Part shown: in pieces, positions 1 through 10,548 of the stretch
How positions within the stretch are numbered: the stretch's first letter is position 1
How the letters are laid out: each line of letters begins with the position of its first letter
Virus record (IMG/VR): IMGVR_UViG_3300023181_000025
Location: 62,001 to 126,000 of that record
Reading direction: 5' to 3' (one strand)
DNA: 64,000 nucleotides
Notes under the pieces: generated by a model
Seen by the model: only the letters and a program-made list of their open reading frames with translations
Database searches by the model: none
Told to the model about the DNA's origin: nothing
Program-made: the position numbers and the translations under genes

Positions 1-33
1 CTGCTCTCATCTCACTGGGTAATTGATTTTTAT

Positions 34-441
34 TCATATGACGCCTTGTTCCTGTAAAAATTCTTTGGTTAGTGGAAGGTCTTCAGGATAGATCTCCACC
101 ATTGTCCAGCCATTGGCTTCGCAATATTTTTTCTTTTCCATATCTCTCTCAATCTGAGCATAGAAATTCATTTTATTTCCTTTGTGGAAATGTTTGTTTG
201 GTGTTCTGTGTTGTTCACCCTGAATTTCTATTGCAACCTTATATGTAAGGTTTAAAAGATCAATGGTCATTCGAGTTCCGGCGACAGGAAACTCTTCATA
301 TACAATATGGTTTTTCCAAAATGGGTATAGGAAAAATTTAACTGAATCTTGAAACTTACTGCGGGTTTTCTTATTCCATTTAATTAAATATTTTGAAACG
401 GCCTTTTCTATTTTGTTTCCTTGGGGGGTGTAAAGGATCAC
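34..441 (-). CDS. PD-(D/E)XK / Vsr-DUF559-like endonuclease
   Basis: EE..V....IDL......AIEIQGEQH and RD.EK..YC..NGW..VEI pattern. Confidence 0.7.
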   Translation of the reverse strand: MILYTPQGNKIEKAVSKYLIKWNKKTRSKFQDSVKFFLYPFWKNHIVYEEFPVAGTRMTIDLLNLTYKVAIEIQGEQHRTPNKHFHKGNKMNFYAQIERDMEKKKYCEANGWTMVEIYPEDLPLTKEFLQEQGVI

Positions 442-1631
442 AGATTTTCCTCTTCTTGAATTTCTATTTCTTCGTCAGAAGAAAGATCTATTTCATCGTT
501 TGAAGCAAACTCGTTTAGATATTTTTTAATAGTAGGAAAAATGTCTGGTCTTGCCAAGAATACATTGCACTTGTTTTCTCCATTAACTTTATCTGGAAAA
601 TCAAGTCCTCTTGCTCTCATTTCTTCTACGAAATAAGGCGAAAACTCATTGGCTGCTTTCTTAACCGTTAGAAGCCCATAACTAATAAGCATTCCTCTAA
701 CCTCTAGTTCCGACCAAATGGCAGACCCATTTTTAACTTTATACTTAACTGGATATCTAACAGTCAAGCCAGTAGATTCATTTTCGCTCTTTCTGATCGT
801 TACTTTGCACCAATGGCCAATTGTATTATTGGTTTCAAAATCCAACTTAACTTCTTTTTCTCCATTTTTGGTAATATAGTCAGATTTATTACGAGGCCTA
901 TATTCCATAGAGATATTAGAGAAGTGGATTTGTGCATTCCCCCCTGAACCCCCAACACTAAGCTGGTCTTTAACATCATACTTAGGGGCAATGTGAGCAC
1001 TAACTTGAGCGATTAGAACGAGAACATGGCCGAAAGTGGCAATTGGAAGGCCTACTTGTTTTAAAAGTCTCTTTGTTAAGACTTGTGGTCCGGCAACCTT
1101 AACGCTTTCGTCTCCGTCAAAAGATTTCTTTACGTCCGCCTTTAGAATAAGGCCGTCCATACTATCAATTACAATAAGAAATTTAAAATCTTCCGGATTG
1201 TCTGTAACTAAATCGAAAATTAGTTGAGCAAGACTATCAAAAATATTTGACTTTAGAACTAGGCAGGTGCCTACATCCCATTTCGAGAAGTCTTCGGTAA
1301 ACTTAATTCCACAACGAGCCTTCATCTTTTCTGACAGCCTTCCCTCGGCTTTAATATAAAGAACTTTAGAGCGAGGAACAACTTCTAAAAAGTTCGCAGC
1401 CTCCTCTAGGGTGCTGGCGGATTTGCCGCCTTCAGAACTCCCTGATTTTCTTATGATTCCCGGACCATACCCGCCATCTAACGCGGCGTCTAGCTTAATG
1501 CTTCCACTAGAATACTTATAGGTAAAATCTTGAATTCCATTGTAATGGTCCTCCTTATGCTTTTCTCCATACCTTTCGATAACAGACTTAATCTTTGGTT
1601 TGGATTCTTTTTCTTCTTTAGTTTTTGCCAT
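438..1631 (-). CDS. recA: RecA/UvsX-like recombinase
   Basis: SSGSIKLDAALDGG, Walker A GSSEGGKS, IVIDSM, GGSGGNAQIHFS. Confidence 0.9.
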   Translation of the reverse strand: MAKTKEEKESKPKIKSVIERYGEKHKEDHYNGIQDFTYKYSSGSIKLDAALDGGYGPGIIRKSGSSEGGKSASTLEEAANFLEVVPRSKVLYIKAEGRLSEKMKARCGIKFTEDFSKWDVGTCLVLKSNIFDSLAQLIFDLVTDNPEDFKFLIVIDSMDGLILKADVKKSFDGDESVKVAGPQVLTKRLLKQVGLPIATFGHVLVLIAQVSAHIAPKYDVKDQLSVGGSGGNAQIHFSNISMEYRPRNKSDYITKNGEKEVKLDFETNNTIGHWCKVTIRKSENESTGLTVRYPVKYKVKNGSAIWSELEVRGMLISYGLLTVKKAANEFSPYFVEEMRARGLDFPDKVNGENKCNVFLARPDIFPTIKKYLNEFASNDEIDLSSDEEIEIQEEENL

Positions 1632-1828
1632 GTTATAAATTTTCTTTTCTTATTTTGTAAAACGGGCATTCCTCACAATGCTCTTCATTCAAATCCTCTA
1701 TATTCCTATAGAAGCACAAGTATGCCATATGGAGGGTATCTTTGCAACAAGAAAATTCTCCAACCTCAACTTCTTCAAAGCTCCTATATTTACAGGAATG
1801 AAACTTTTCTTTTCCAGATAATTCTTCA

Positions 1829-2929
1829 TTAGCCATTTTGGGATAATGCACTTTCTACCATTTCTTTTACAAGTTTATCAAAATCATATTCGGGCTTCCA
1901 TCCCATATCTTTTCGAATAAGGTCGCTACTCCCTACGTTCTTAATCGTAGACTCGGAGGGTCGAAAAAACTTAGGATTTATTTTTACAAATATTATTTCT
2001 TCGTTTTCCTCTGATATATATTTTTCATTAATACCTTCCCCAATCCATTTTCCTTTTATACCGGCTATTTCAAAAGCTTTATCTACAAAGTCTTTTATGG
2101 TGTGTGGGACCCCAGACGATAAGACATACTCTTTGATAAAAAGGGAATACGGTTGAGTGAATCCTGCGGATTTTGGAAACTTGCCATACTTTTCTTGATT
2201 TAACATCATCCAGATCCCTACAATAAAATCATTAACATGACTCCAATCTTTTTCTGTGTAGATATATCCTAATTCTATTGGGACTATTGCCACCTTATTC
2301 GTCAAAGATTTCTTTATCTCGGCTGTGCCTCTTGCTATTTTTTGAGTCACAAACTCAATTGAGCGTTTGGGGCTTTCATGGGAGAATAGTATTCCTTGGA
2401 GTGCGTAAAGATCGTATGCTTCTCGATAAATCTTTATGATGTGATGGGAGGCAATTTTGCTTGCACCGTAAGGGGAACGCGCGCTCTTTGGGTGCTCTTC
2501 GTCCTGTGGAACATATTCTACGTCAGATATTTCCTCACTGCTTCCGGCATTGAAAAATCTGCAATGCCTGCAATGTTTTCTTATTGCTTCTAAGCATCTA
2601 ATTACGCCCGTTGCGTTTATATCAAAGGTTAATTCAGGAATATCCCAAGAAGATGAAACAAAGCTTTGGGCAGCAAAATTAATAAAATAGTCTGGCTTTA
2701 TATCCATAACTATTTTTTCCAATGAATGGCTATCCGATAAGTCGGCTGTAATTAATTTAAAATTAGGATTGTCTAAAGCATCTTTTAAGTCGTTTAGGTT
2801 TTGATGCGAAGTGCGTCTTACCACGCCATAAACGTCTAGATTTTCTTTACTTAAAAGAAAATCAATCATTGACGAACCATCAAGACCATTGGCTCCCGTG
2901 CAAATTACTTTTTTCTTAATTGGTTTCAT
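1829..2929 (-). CDS. gmd: GDP-mannose 4,6-dehydratase
   Basis: TGANGLDGS, NFAAQSFV.SSW, SPYGASK, HESPKR..EFVTQKI, KDWSH, KFFRPSE. Confidence 0.92.
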   Translation of the reverse strand: MKPIKKKVICTGANGLDGSSMIDFLLSKENLDVYGVVRRTSHQNLNDLKDALDNPNFKLITADLSDSHSLEKIVMDIKPDYFINFAAQSFVSSSWDIPELTFDINATGVIRCLEAIRKHCRHCRFFNAGSSEEISDVEYVPQDEEHPKSARSPYGASKIASHHIIKIYREAYDLYALQGILFSHESPKRSIEFVTQKIARGTAEIKKSLTNKVAIVPIELGYIYTEKDWSHVNDFIVGIWMMLNQEKYGKFPKSAGFTQPYSLFIKEYVLSSGVPHTIKDFVDKAFEIAGIKGKWIGEGINEKYISEENEEIIFVKINPKFFRPSESTIKNVGSSDLIRKDMGWKPEYDFDKLVKEMVESALSQNG

Positions 2930-3085
2930 TTGAAAATTTCTAATTCCACTATTGAATCTTTGATGCTTTTTATTTTAAGCTTTGACCAAAATGATTTATA
3001 AAAATGAATTTTTAAATCATCCATCTCCTCTTGAGAGAAAAACCTTTCTTCGGTAAAATTTTGAAAAGATTCTTCAAAGACCCCC

Positions 3086-3583
3086 TCAAGGACTGACACT
3101 AAAAGCGATTGATTCATTAAAATCAAATTTAAATTGTGAATTTTCTTTGATAGCTATTTCATCTAATAGTTCTTGGAAATCTGCCGGTCTGTAGCTTGGC
3201 CCCTTTACCCATTTCCCATCATCACGGCGATGCCCGTCAATAAACTTAGATAAATTAGATGATTGACATTCATCATGACCCAGTTGCATGCAAAGTCCCC
3301 AGCCATTAGCTGCGCCATTAACCACATAACTCGTATCAACTAAGCCATCCCAAACTTTATCTAGCTCTACCCTTGCTTCACCTACATCAACAACATCAGT
3401 TATGCTTAAATCATCGTTATATACCATTTTAAGGCCCATCGCCTCTAATGTTTCCAGGGTTTCCTCTAAAATTAGACGGCCATGAAGAACTCTTGCCTCG
3501 GGCGTGGGTATAGTTGGTCTATTATATGTTGTTTGGCCAGCGGCCACCATAAATTGCTTTACATCTTCTTGAATAGAGTTCAT
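3086..3583 (-). CDS. MazG-like (PRA-PH family) NTP pyrophosphohydrolase
   Basis: V.QFM..AGQ, LI.EE..E, D.LVD..YV, SNLSK, DGK.VKGP.Y. Confidence 0.8.
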   Translation of the reverse strand: MNSIQEDVKQFMVAAGQTTYNRPTIPTPEARVLHGRLILEETLETLEAMGLKMVYNDDLSITDVVDVGEARVELDKVWDGLVDTSYVVNGAANGWGLCMQLGHDECQSSNLSKFIDGHRRDDGKWVKGPSYRPADFQELLDEIAIKENSQFKFDFNESIAFSVSP

Positions 3584-3625
3584 AATAAAAATAATATAAC
3601 ATAAATTTTACAGCATGTCAATAAC

Positions 3626-4690
3626 TTATCCTAAATCACCAAAACTATCGAAATCTCCAGCTTCAATTGTGGTATCCATGGCACCTACTTCATACCTGTA
3701 ATTTTCAGTTTCTTGATTTGCTACTTGAATCTTAGAAGTATCGGAAAAAGTTCCAAGCCAGCCCCCAATAGGATTATTTTTTTGGTCAAATATTTTTTTG
3801 AATCCGAGCGATACCAAACGATTATTAGCAAGCCATTCAATATATCCTTTGAGTAAACTAGCATTAAACCCAATTAATTCGCCTTGGGAAAATAAATAAT
3901 CCGCCCAAGCTTTTTCATTTTCAACAGTCAATGCAAACAAATCATATACTTTCTGTTCGTTATCCTTCATTATTTGCTGGAAGCCTTCAAGAGGATCTTG
4001 TTTCCAAAACTTCATAATATTTTGAGTTATAGCAACATGAAGAGCTTCGTCGCGTTCAATTAATTGAATTATTGACCCGTTACCCACTAGTTTGCCGCGA
4101 TATTTAAAATACAGTGTGCAAGCGAACGATATGTAAAACGATAGACTTTCGGTGATGTAGGTCGCCAAAACAGCATCAAAAATTTCTTGCTTAATATTTT
4201 TTGGCTCCCCTAAAAGTTTGTCGTAAGAATTCTTTGCAAATTCCATTCGAGAGACAATTTCTTTATCTTCTAGAATAGAATCAAAAAACTGCTTTGGATT
4301 TTTTGTAATATTTTGCAATACCCATGTATAGGACCGAGAGTGAATAGTCTCGTAAAATGCCCATGTTGCACAACAAATTTCAAGTTCTGGGCTAGTTATA
4401 TAACTAGAAACTTCGTGAATACTTCTTGAAAGCATCGAATCTGTTGATGTTTGCCAACGAAGATTATTCTCGAAAATAAACTTTTCCGTAGAATTAAGAG
4501 ACTCATAATCCATGCGGTCCTTTGTAAGATTTATTTCGTCATGCTTCCAAAAGTTTTTGATTTGCTTATCTGTTAACTCAATAAAAATAGGCCTTTTGAC
4601 TAAATCATACCTTTGTAACCCAAGCGACTCCCCCAAAAACATTGGGTTCGCCATGATATCATAATTTTTTGTGTTTAAAACTGTTTTCAT
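3626..4690 (-). CDS. nrdB: ribonucleotide reductase class Ia beta subunit
   Basis: FW...EI.L.KD, ETIHSRSY, FY.SFAC, IERDEALH, QVANQETE; start moved to ATG 4690 just after nrdA stop. Confidence 0.95.
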   Translation of the reverse strand: MKTVLNTKNYDIMANPMFLGESLGLQRYDLVKRPIFIELTDKQIKNFWKHDEINLTKDRMDYESLNSTEKFIFENNLRWQTSTDSMLSRSIHEVSSYITSPELEICCATWAFYETIHSRSYTWVLQNITKNPKQFFDSILEDKEIVSRMEFAKNSYDKLLGEPKNIKQEIFDAVLATYITESLSFYISFACTLYFKYRGKLVGNGSIIQLIERDEALHVAITQNIMKFWKQDPLEGFQQIMKDNEQKVYDLFALTVENEKAWADYLFSQGELIGFNASLLKGYIEWLANNRLVSLGFKKIFDQKNNPIGGWLGTFSDTSKIQVANQETENYRYEVGAMDTTIEAGDFDSFGDLG

Positions 4691-4692
4691 AT

Positions 4693-6939
4693 TTAAATTG
4701 CACATGCTCCTGAAGCGCATCCGTCATCTTCCTTATTGGACATCCCCTCAGAGTTATGTCCGTCATCTTTTTTGGCGTAATACAGTGTTTTTGCGCCTAG
4801 CTTAAACGATAAAAGAATATCGGAGAGAACTCTTTTTACGGTAAGTTTTTCTTTTGAGTAGAAATGGTCAGCAGAAATAGACATATCACAATATTTTTGA
4901 ATTACTGCATAAATCTTAATAAGATTAGTATTATCAGGCATTTCAAAACAACCTTCATAATTCCAGTTTTTGTTTCCGGGCACAAATTGCTTAATAAGAC
5001 CTTGTTTGGATTCTTTTATTTGGAATCTTGATTGAATTGGTCCGACGCCATTTGTTGAGTTGAGGCAAACAGAAGATGCTTCGCATGGCATCATAGCGGT
5101 TAAGGTCATATTGCGCAAGCCCCAAGTTAGGATTTCTTTCCTGAGCCATTCCCAATCCATAGAAAGCGTCCTGTTGCAAACTTCATCCACAGTTTTTTTA
5201 TAACTGTCGATAGGTAGAATTCCATCGGAATAGCTGCTTTCACTAAATAAGGGTGCTGGACCTCTTTCTTTCGCCAAATTCATAGACGCTTTTAGACAAT
5301 AAAATTGAATCTTCTCCATTAATGCATCTACAAATGCAACAGATTCTGGATCTGAGTATTTTAAGTTATTTTTTGCTAATAAAGCCGCTAAGTTGGTTAT
5401 ACCAATCCCAAGGGATCTTTTATTAACTGCGAAGTTTCTGGCTTGTGGGGCAAAGTAATCTTGAATATCTAAAATATTGTCAAGCTGTCTCACGCTGGTT
5501 TCGCAAATTTCTTCTAATTCCTCATCACTTTTCGCTTCTAAAACATTGATAGCGCAAAGCGTGCAAATTCCAATTTCCCCATCCAAATCATAAAGATTTT
5601 TTGTTGGTGTGATATTCTGCAAAATTTCCTGACACAGATTTGAAAATCCAACCTTTTTCTTCCATGGGCTATGGTTGTTTGCATTATCAATATTTAATAT
5701 ATATATTCTTCCGGTTTCAATTCTTTCCTCGGCTAGGCGAGTAAACAGTTCGTTAGCACTTACTGTTTTTTTCATTTTAATCATTGGGTCGTTTTCGTAA
5801 CGAATATAAAGATCATCGAATTCTGGCAAACCGAAAGCTTCGAATAAGCCTTTTACTTCATTGGGGTTGAAAAGAGTAATGTTTCCGTTCTTAATTAATC
5901 TTTCATAAAAAAGCTTCGAAATCCCTATGCTATAATCCAAGCGCCTTACTCGGTTGGCATCTGTTCCTCTATTATTTTTAAGTTGAAGGATGTCCTCAAT
6001 CTCGTAATGCCAAATTGGGAAGGTTGTGGTGGCACTTCCTCCGCGCGCCCCTTGGAGGGTAGCAATAACGATAGATTCAAATGTTTTCAAATAAGGAATT
6101 ACACCTGTATGTAAAACTTGTCCGCCCCGTATAGGGGAGCCAATTGGGCGCAAACTGCCCGTATCTAGGCCAATTCCATATCCTTTTGAAGTCGCTTGAG
6201 ACGTGAAAACTCGTGATGCGTCAATAGACTCTAAAGTATCCAAAACAGGTAGAAGGCAACAAGACGCATATGATCTTGTATTTGTTCTAAGTTTTGACAT
6301 TAATGGAGAGGGCAAACTTATTTTTCTCTTTGTATAGGAATCATAGGCTCTTTTCACATAAAAAACTCTTTTTTCCGGACTTTCATTAATATGACCGGCC
6401 ATTGCCATTAACATGTATGCAAATGAAGGCGTTTCAAATGATTCTCCTGTTGATTTATTATTATAAAGGTATTTTTCCTTTAATTGTTTAACTGCCGCAG
6501 AATCTAATTGAAGATCTCTATCGTGGTGGATCTTTTCATTCAGTTTGTTAATTTCCTTTTGAGAAAAAACTTTTAAAATTTCTGGATCATAAATACCAAG
6601 ATCAATATTCTTTTTTATAAAATCATATAAATGTGGCGGATTTTTTCCTCCCCAAACCTCTTTTCTTAAAGAAAAGATCATTAATCTACCCGCGACTAGG
6701 CTATAATTGGGAGATGTTTCTGAAAATAAATCGCTGGCAGCGTCTATTATCGAACTATGGATGTCCTGGGAATTAATTTTCTTCGATAGACTCATATTGG
6801 CGTTAATAGCTATTAAATTAGCATCAACTCCACTAACCCCCTCTGTTGCCCAATTTATAACTTTATTTATTTTTTCAACGTCGAACAATTCTTGCGAGCC
6901 GTCTCGTTTTATTACTTTCACCTCTTCATTAATACTCAT
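4693..6939 (-). CDS. nrdA: ribonucleotide reductase class Ia alpha subunit with ATP cone
   Basis: VIKRDG ATP cone, ASCCL, SNLCQEI, KTLYY, C-terminal C..GAC. Confidence 0.96.
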   Translation of the reverse strand: MSINEEVKVIKRDGSQELFDVEKINKVINWATEGVSGVDANLIAINANMSLSKKINSQDIHSSIIDAASDLFSETSPNYSLVAGRLMIFSLRKEVWGGKNPPHLYDFIKKNIDLGIYDPEILKVFSQKEINKLNEKIHHDRDLQLDSAAVKQLKEKYLYNNKSTGESFETPSFAYMLMAMAGHINESPEKRVFYVKRAYDSYTKRKISLPSPLMSKLRTNTRSYASCCLLPVLDTLESIDASRVFTSQATSKGYGIGLDTGSLRPIGSPIRGGQVLHTGVIPYLKTFESIVIATLQGARGGSATTTFPIWHYEIEDILQLKNNRGTDANRVRRLDYSIGISKLFYERLIKNGNITLFNPNEVKGLFEAFGLPEFDDLYIRYENDPMIKMKKTVSANELFTRLAEERIETGRIYILNIDNANNHSPWKKKVGFSNLCQEILQNITPTKNLYDLDGEIGICTLCAINVLEAKSDEELEEICETSVRQLDNILDIQDYFAPQARNFAVNKRSLGIGITNLAALLAKNNLKYSDPESVAFVDALMEKIQFYCLKASMNLAKERGPAPLFSESSYSDGILPIDSYKKTVDEVCNRTLSMDWEWLRKEILTWGLRNMTLTAMMPCEASSVCLNSTNGVGPIQSRFQIKESKQGLIKQFVPGNKNWNYEGCFEMPDNTNLIKIYAVIQKYCDMSISADHFYSKEKLTVKRVLSDILLSFKLGAKTLYYAKKDDGHNSEGMSNKEDDGCASGACAI

Positions 6940-7262
6940 TATTTCTTTCCCTTTTTATCAAAAAATTGTTTTTCTGCCCTTTGTGTAATTACGTCCTTAG
7001 CTCCTTCTTTTTCCGTTCTAGCCTCGCTAAATTCCTTGCTTATTTTCCAAGCCTCTCCATAAGTTTTGACATTTTTTGTCTTATTTAAAAAGGATTTTTG
7101 AGAGAATGCATCAACTTTCCCATCCACGGAAGCGGTGGGGACCGTAAAAACTCTATTCCATTTAATTCCATCTTGATAGTATTCATGGACATCGTTCATG
7201 CCCTGAAAAACCTCAACCACCTCTTCACCGTCTTTCGGATTCGCGTATATATATAATCCCAT
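6939..7262 (-). CDS. FmdB-like small regulatory protein
   Basis: M.LY.Y..P..E..EV.Q.MND.H...W.RVF.VP pattern. Confidence 0.5.
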   Translation of the reverse strand: MGLYIYANPKDGEEVVEVFQGMNDVHEYYQDGIKWNRVFTVPTASVDGKVDAFSQKSFLNKTKNVKTYGEAWKISKEFSEARTEKEGAKDVITQRAEKQFFDKKGKK

Positions 7263-7369
7263 TTTTAAATTCCTTTTACCGTTGGAAACCTATTTACACT
7301 AAAAAAATCTCCCCATCAAAAGTTATAAATCTTTTACTTTCAAGAGTAATTTTTATAAGTAATTGATTA

Positions 7370-8440
7370 TTAAGCTAGATTTTCCAATATAATTTTTGCG
7401 GTATTTTCATAAGTCCAGCTTTTTAATTTCACGCCCTCATGATTATACTTACGTCCTGTTTTAGCGGCAACCAACATTGCATCAATCAAGTCAGAATCTT
7501 TGAAATCGTGCCATTCCCCTTGATTTATATCCTCTCCCTCAATGAAGAACCTATCATCAACAGCATCAACCATTCCATTTGGTTCTATTAAAATTGAATT
7601 GCTTGAATTGCAATAATCCTTGTGAGCGTGAGCGTTTAAAACAATTGCTTGTTTCCCGAGGCAGAGACTTTGGAAAAGTGGAAGATTAAACCCTTCGCCA
7701 CCGCTCATACCTGTTAACTCGATATCTGTATTATTCAATACTAAATTATATTCTGAATTAGTGCTAGAATATGGTAAAATATTGACATTCCAAGGGAGCC
7801 TTTTATCAGGGAGGGAATTAATAATCATGCTTGATTGCTCCTCATTAGACATGAATGCATTATGAATGGAGCAGTCAAGTCTGTATCTTGGATCGCCGCC
7901 GAAAACTTTTACCCAAGCCTTAATAACGCGGATCGTATTTTTTCTTTGTTCTAATTTTCCCTTTAGGCCGAAGGTGAGAACCTCTTTTTCGTCTTCACGC
8001 TTTTCTATCTCAAAAAAAGATTCACTATCAAATCCAAGCGGCGCGTATATTGATTGTATATTATGGTCAAGAAAAACTGATTGAGTGTATCTATTAGATA
8101 CGAAAACCTTATCTTGCTGAGATAAAATATTTTTTTCATAATTGGTAAGCCTATTAGTTTCATGATAAGTAAATAAGCTTGGATTTCTGCCAACTGAATC
8201 CTCCGAACCTCTTATATGAAAGTATTTTAATGTCGGATTATTTCTGTTATAATATTCCTTTGAATATCTTAAGCTATTTTTTATAATTTCTATATCAGAA
8301 TCCTTAAGTTCAAAACATTCCAAACCAATTCCATTTATTGGAAAAAGGCACACATCTGTCATTTTGGTTATTTCTTTAAAAATATTATAACCTGACTGCC
8401 CTATGCTTGTTAAATTAAAAGGTGCTTGAAAATTTATCAT
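7370..8440 (-). CDS. glycosyltransferase family 4 (GT-B)
   Basis: GKLE.RKN, S.GEGFNLP..Q.L..GK. Confidence 0.8.
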   Translation of the reverse strand: MINFQAPFNLTSIGQSGYNIFKEITKMTDVCLFPINGIGLECFELKDSDIEIIKNSLRYSKEYYNRNNPTLKYFHIRGSEDSVGRNPSLFTYHETNRLTNYEKNILSQQDKVFVSNRYTQSVFLDHNIQSIYAPLGFDSESFFEIEKREDEKEVLTFGLKGKLEQRKNTIRVIKAWVKVFGGDPRYRLDCSIHNAFMSNEEQSSMIINSLPDKRLPWNVNILPYSSTNSEYNLVLNNTDIELTGMSGGEGFNLPLFQSLCLGKQAIVLNAHAHKDYCNSSNSILIEPNGMVDAVDDRFFIEGEDINQGEWHDFKDSDLIDAMLVAAKTGRKYNHEGVKLKSWTYENTAKIILENLA

Positions 8441-8486
8441 ACTTATGGTCCGCCAAATTCAATTAAGAATTAGGACGGATTAATTT

Positions 8487-8873
8487 TTAGAAAAGAGGAT
8501 CTTCTTCGTCCTCTTCAACGGGGGATGGCTTGCTAGATTTAGCTTTTGGCTCAGAAGTTGCCTGTGATGACTTATCGCCCTTTGGCGGCAAGTCAATTCG
8601 GGAAACCTTGATATAAACCTTAGATTGCTTTTGTCCATCCTTTTCCCAAGTGTCTTGGACGAGTTCCCCCGTTACAATTGCAAAATCCCCTTTGGATGCA
8701 TATTTCTCAAGGACTTCCGCAGTTTTCTCCCAAGCCTCAACTTGAAAGAAGCTCGCTCCCGCATCTTTTCCGAACTTATCAACTGCGATAGAGCCTGTCG
8801 CCTTTTTCTTACCGCCCACATCAGAAACTTTAAAATCTTGAGACCATCTTCCTGTTAAATTTACTATGTTCAT
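8487..8873 (-). CDS. ssb: single-stranded DNA-binding protein
   Basis: MN.V.L.GR, F..V.AW.KTAE, KG....V.G.L....W..DG, acidic tail ending DPLF. Confidence 0.92.
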   Translation of the reverse strand: MNIVNLTGRWSQDFKVSDVGGKKKATGSIAVDKFGKDAGASFFQVEAWEKTAEVLEKYASKGDFAIVTGELVQDTWEKDGQKQSKVYIKVSRIDLPPKGDKSSQATSEPKAKSSKPSPVEEDEEDPLF

Positions 8874-9191
8874 TTTATTTTTTTATTAATACTATTCAAT
8901 AGAGAGTATACCGACTCAAAGAAATAAATCAAGCATAAAGTTGCGCAAATCCCAAAAAAGATTTCGATTGACCGACAAAACAATATATTAACCCAAAACA
9001 CGAAGCAGAATGCGCATTTCGTAGCAACATATATAAACGCCTTGGCAATTGGGTGACCCATTCTACTGCGAAGTATTAATTTAATTCCTTCTGTTTTGAT
9101 TATCGCTTCCCTGATCGGCCTGCCAATACTTGTGCGATTTAGTAGTATCCAGAGGAAATAGGGAAATAATAGTTCTGCGTTCATTTTTTTC

Positions 9192-9219
9192 TTGACAACT
9201 AAAAATCGTTCGTTATAAT
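9192..9219 (+). promoter_or_regulatory. sigma70-type promoter
   Basis: TTGACA-16 nt-TATAAT. Confidence 0.7.
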
Positions 9220-9384
9220 ATACTCTTACTCGCTTCGCTCGTAATTTATAGGATTTAAATTTATAAATAAATATTAAATTAAAAGCGAAGCTTTTCAGAA
9301 CTAATCGAGCTTGCGAGGTTAGTTCTGTAATCTTAAAACGATATATTAGACCTTACCTCTCTTCGTTCGTTAAGGTCTTTTTCT

Positions 9385-9413
9385 ATTATAAGCATGCCCT
9401 TTCGTTTTGTCAA
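9385..9413 (-). promoter_or_regulatory. sigma70-type promoter facing the previous one
   Basis: perfect TTGACA-17 nt-TATAAT on minus strand. Confidence 0.75.
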
Positions 9414-9428
9414 GAAAATAATTTCAGA

Positions 9429-9457
9429 TTGACAATTCTCATTATTTTTGGTATCTT
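9429..9457 (+). promoter_or_regulatory. sigma70-type promoter of sigma-factor gene (near-leaderless)
   Basis: TTGACA-17 nt-TATCTT, ATG 8 nt after the -10 box. Confidence 0.65.
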
Positions 9458-9465
9458 AATACTTT

Positions 9466-9972
9466 ATGAACGAAACCGAAAAAACCTTACTGAAGCGTTA
9501 TCTAGAAACGGGGGTAATGGACGAGAGACTATTACTTATAAACAAAGGAATTCTTGACTTCATATACCAGAAGTATTTTCTTTCATTTTCTTTTATAAAA
9601 GACGATCTTATGCAAGAGGGCCTTCTTGGGCTTCTCGAAGCCTTTAATAGATTTGATGAAAGTCGCGAGGGAGGATTTTTTAATTATAAAAAGCTTTGGG
9701 TTAGAAAAAAGATGCAAGTTCTAGCTTATAAGCAAAGCAGGATTAATTCTTTCAGCGATCTAAAAATTTCAGAACCAATCTCATTTTGGGGAAGTTCTTG
9801 CTATAGATTAGAAAGAATTCAAAATGTTATTGACTTAGTTGAATCTTGCGATAAAATATCAATTCACGATAAAATTGAAATCGCCGAAGCCATAAAAGGT
9901 AATAGGCCCGGCTTCAAGAACAGCAAAACCTTTGCGAAGTTAAGAAAATTAGTAAGTTATGACAAAATTTAA
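9466..9972 (+). CDS. phage sigma factor (sigma70 region 2)
   Basis: DDLMQEGLLGLLEAFNRFD.SR...F..Y...WVR. Confidence 0.8.
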   Translation: MNETEKTLLKRYLETGVMDERLLLINKGILDFIYQKYFLSFSFIKDDLMQEGLLGLLEAFNRFDESREGGFFNYKKLWVRKKMQVLAYKQSRINSFSDLKISEPISFWGSSCYRLERIQNVIDLVESCDKISIHDKIEIAEAIKGNRPGFKNSKTFAKLRKLVSYDKI

Positions 9973-9984
9973 ATCATATTGGAA

Positions 9985-10548
9985 ATGGGAACAAGAATAA
10001 TTGGAATTTCAGGAAATGCACGGAGCGGCAAAGATTCTTTGGCAATCTGTATACAAAAAGACCTTCAAAAAGATGGATTAACTTCACGGATTATTAGTTT
10101 AGCCGCGCCACTTAAAGAAGTGGTAAAACCCTTTGTTTACGAAAACTTTGGCATAGATCTTGACAACTGCACAGACAATGAGAAATTACTACTAAGGCCC
10201 TTAATGGTCGCATTTGGACAAGCAAAGAGAAATTTCACACAAGGCCGATATTTTATTGATATTTTAGACGAAAAGATTCGTAATTCGAATTATGATTTTA
10301 TTATAGTTCCAGATATAAGATTCGCGGACTTCGGGTTTGACGAGTTAGATTGGTTAATGCAGAAAAGTGGAGTTCTTTGGTATGTTGAAAAAACTTTGGA
10401 AAATGGAGAAATCTTAGGTCCGCCCAATGAGGACGAGGCAAGAAATAACCCAATTTTGAAATCTAACGCTCATTTTAAATTAGTATGGCCCGACAAATTA
10501 TCTGAGGAAGAAAGATTTAATTTTTATATATATGGGAAAGCTAAATAA
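9985..10548 (+). CDS. deoxynucleoside monophosphate kinase
   Basis: IIGISGNARSGKD, LA.PLK, K...RPL, VPDIRF. Confidence 0.8.
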   Translation: MGTRIIGISGNARSGKDSLAICIQKDLQKDGLTSRIISLAAPLKEVVKPFVYENFGIDLDNCTDNEKLLLRPLMVAFGQAKRNFTQGRYFIDILDEKIRNSNYDFIIVPDIRFADFGFDELDWLMQKSGVLWYVEKTLENGEILGPPNEDEARNNPILKSNAHFKLVWPDKLSEEERFNFYIYGKAK

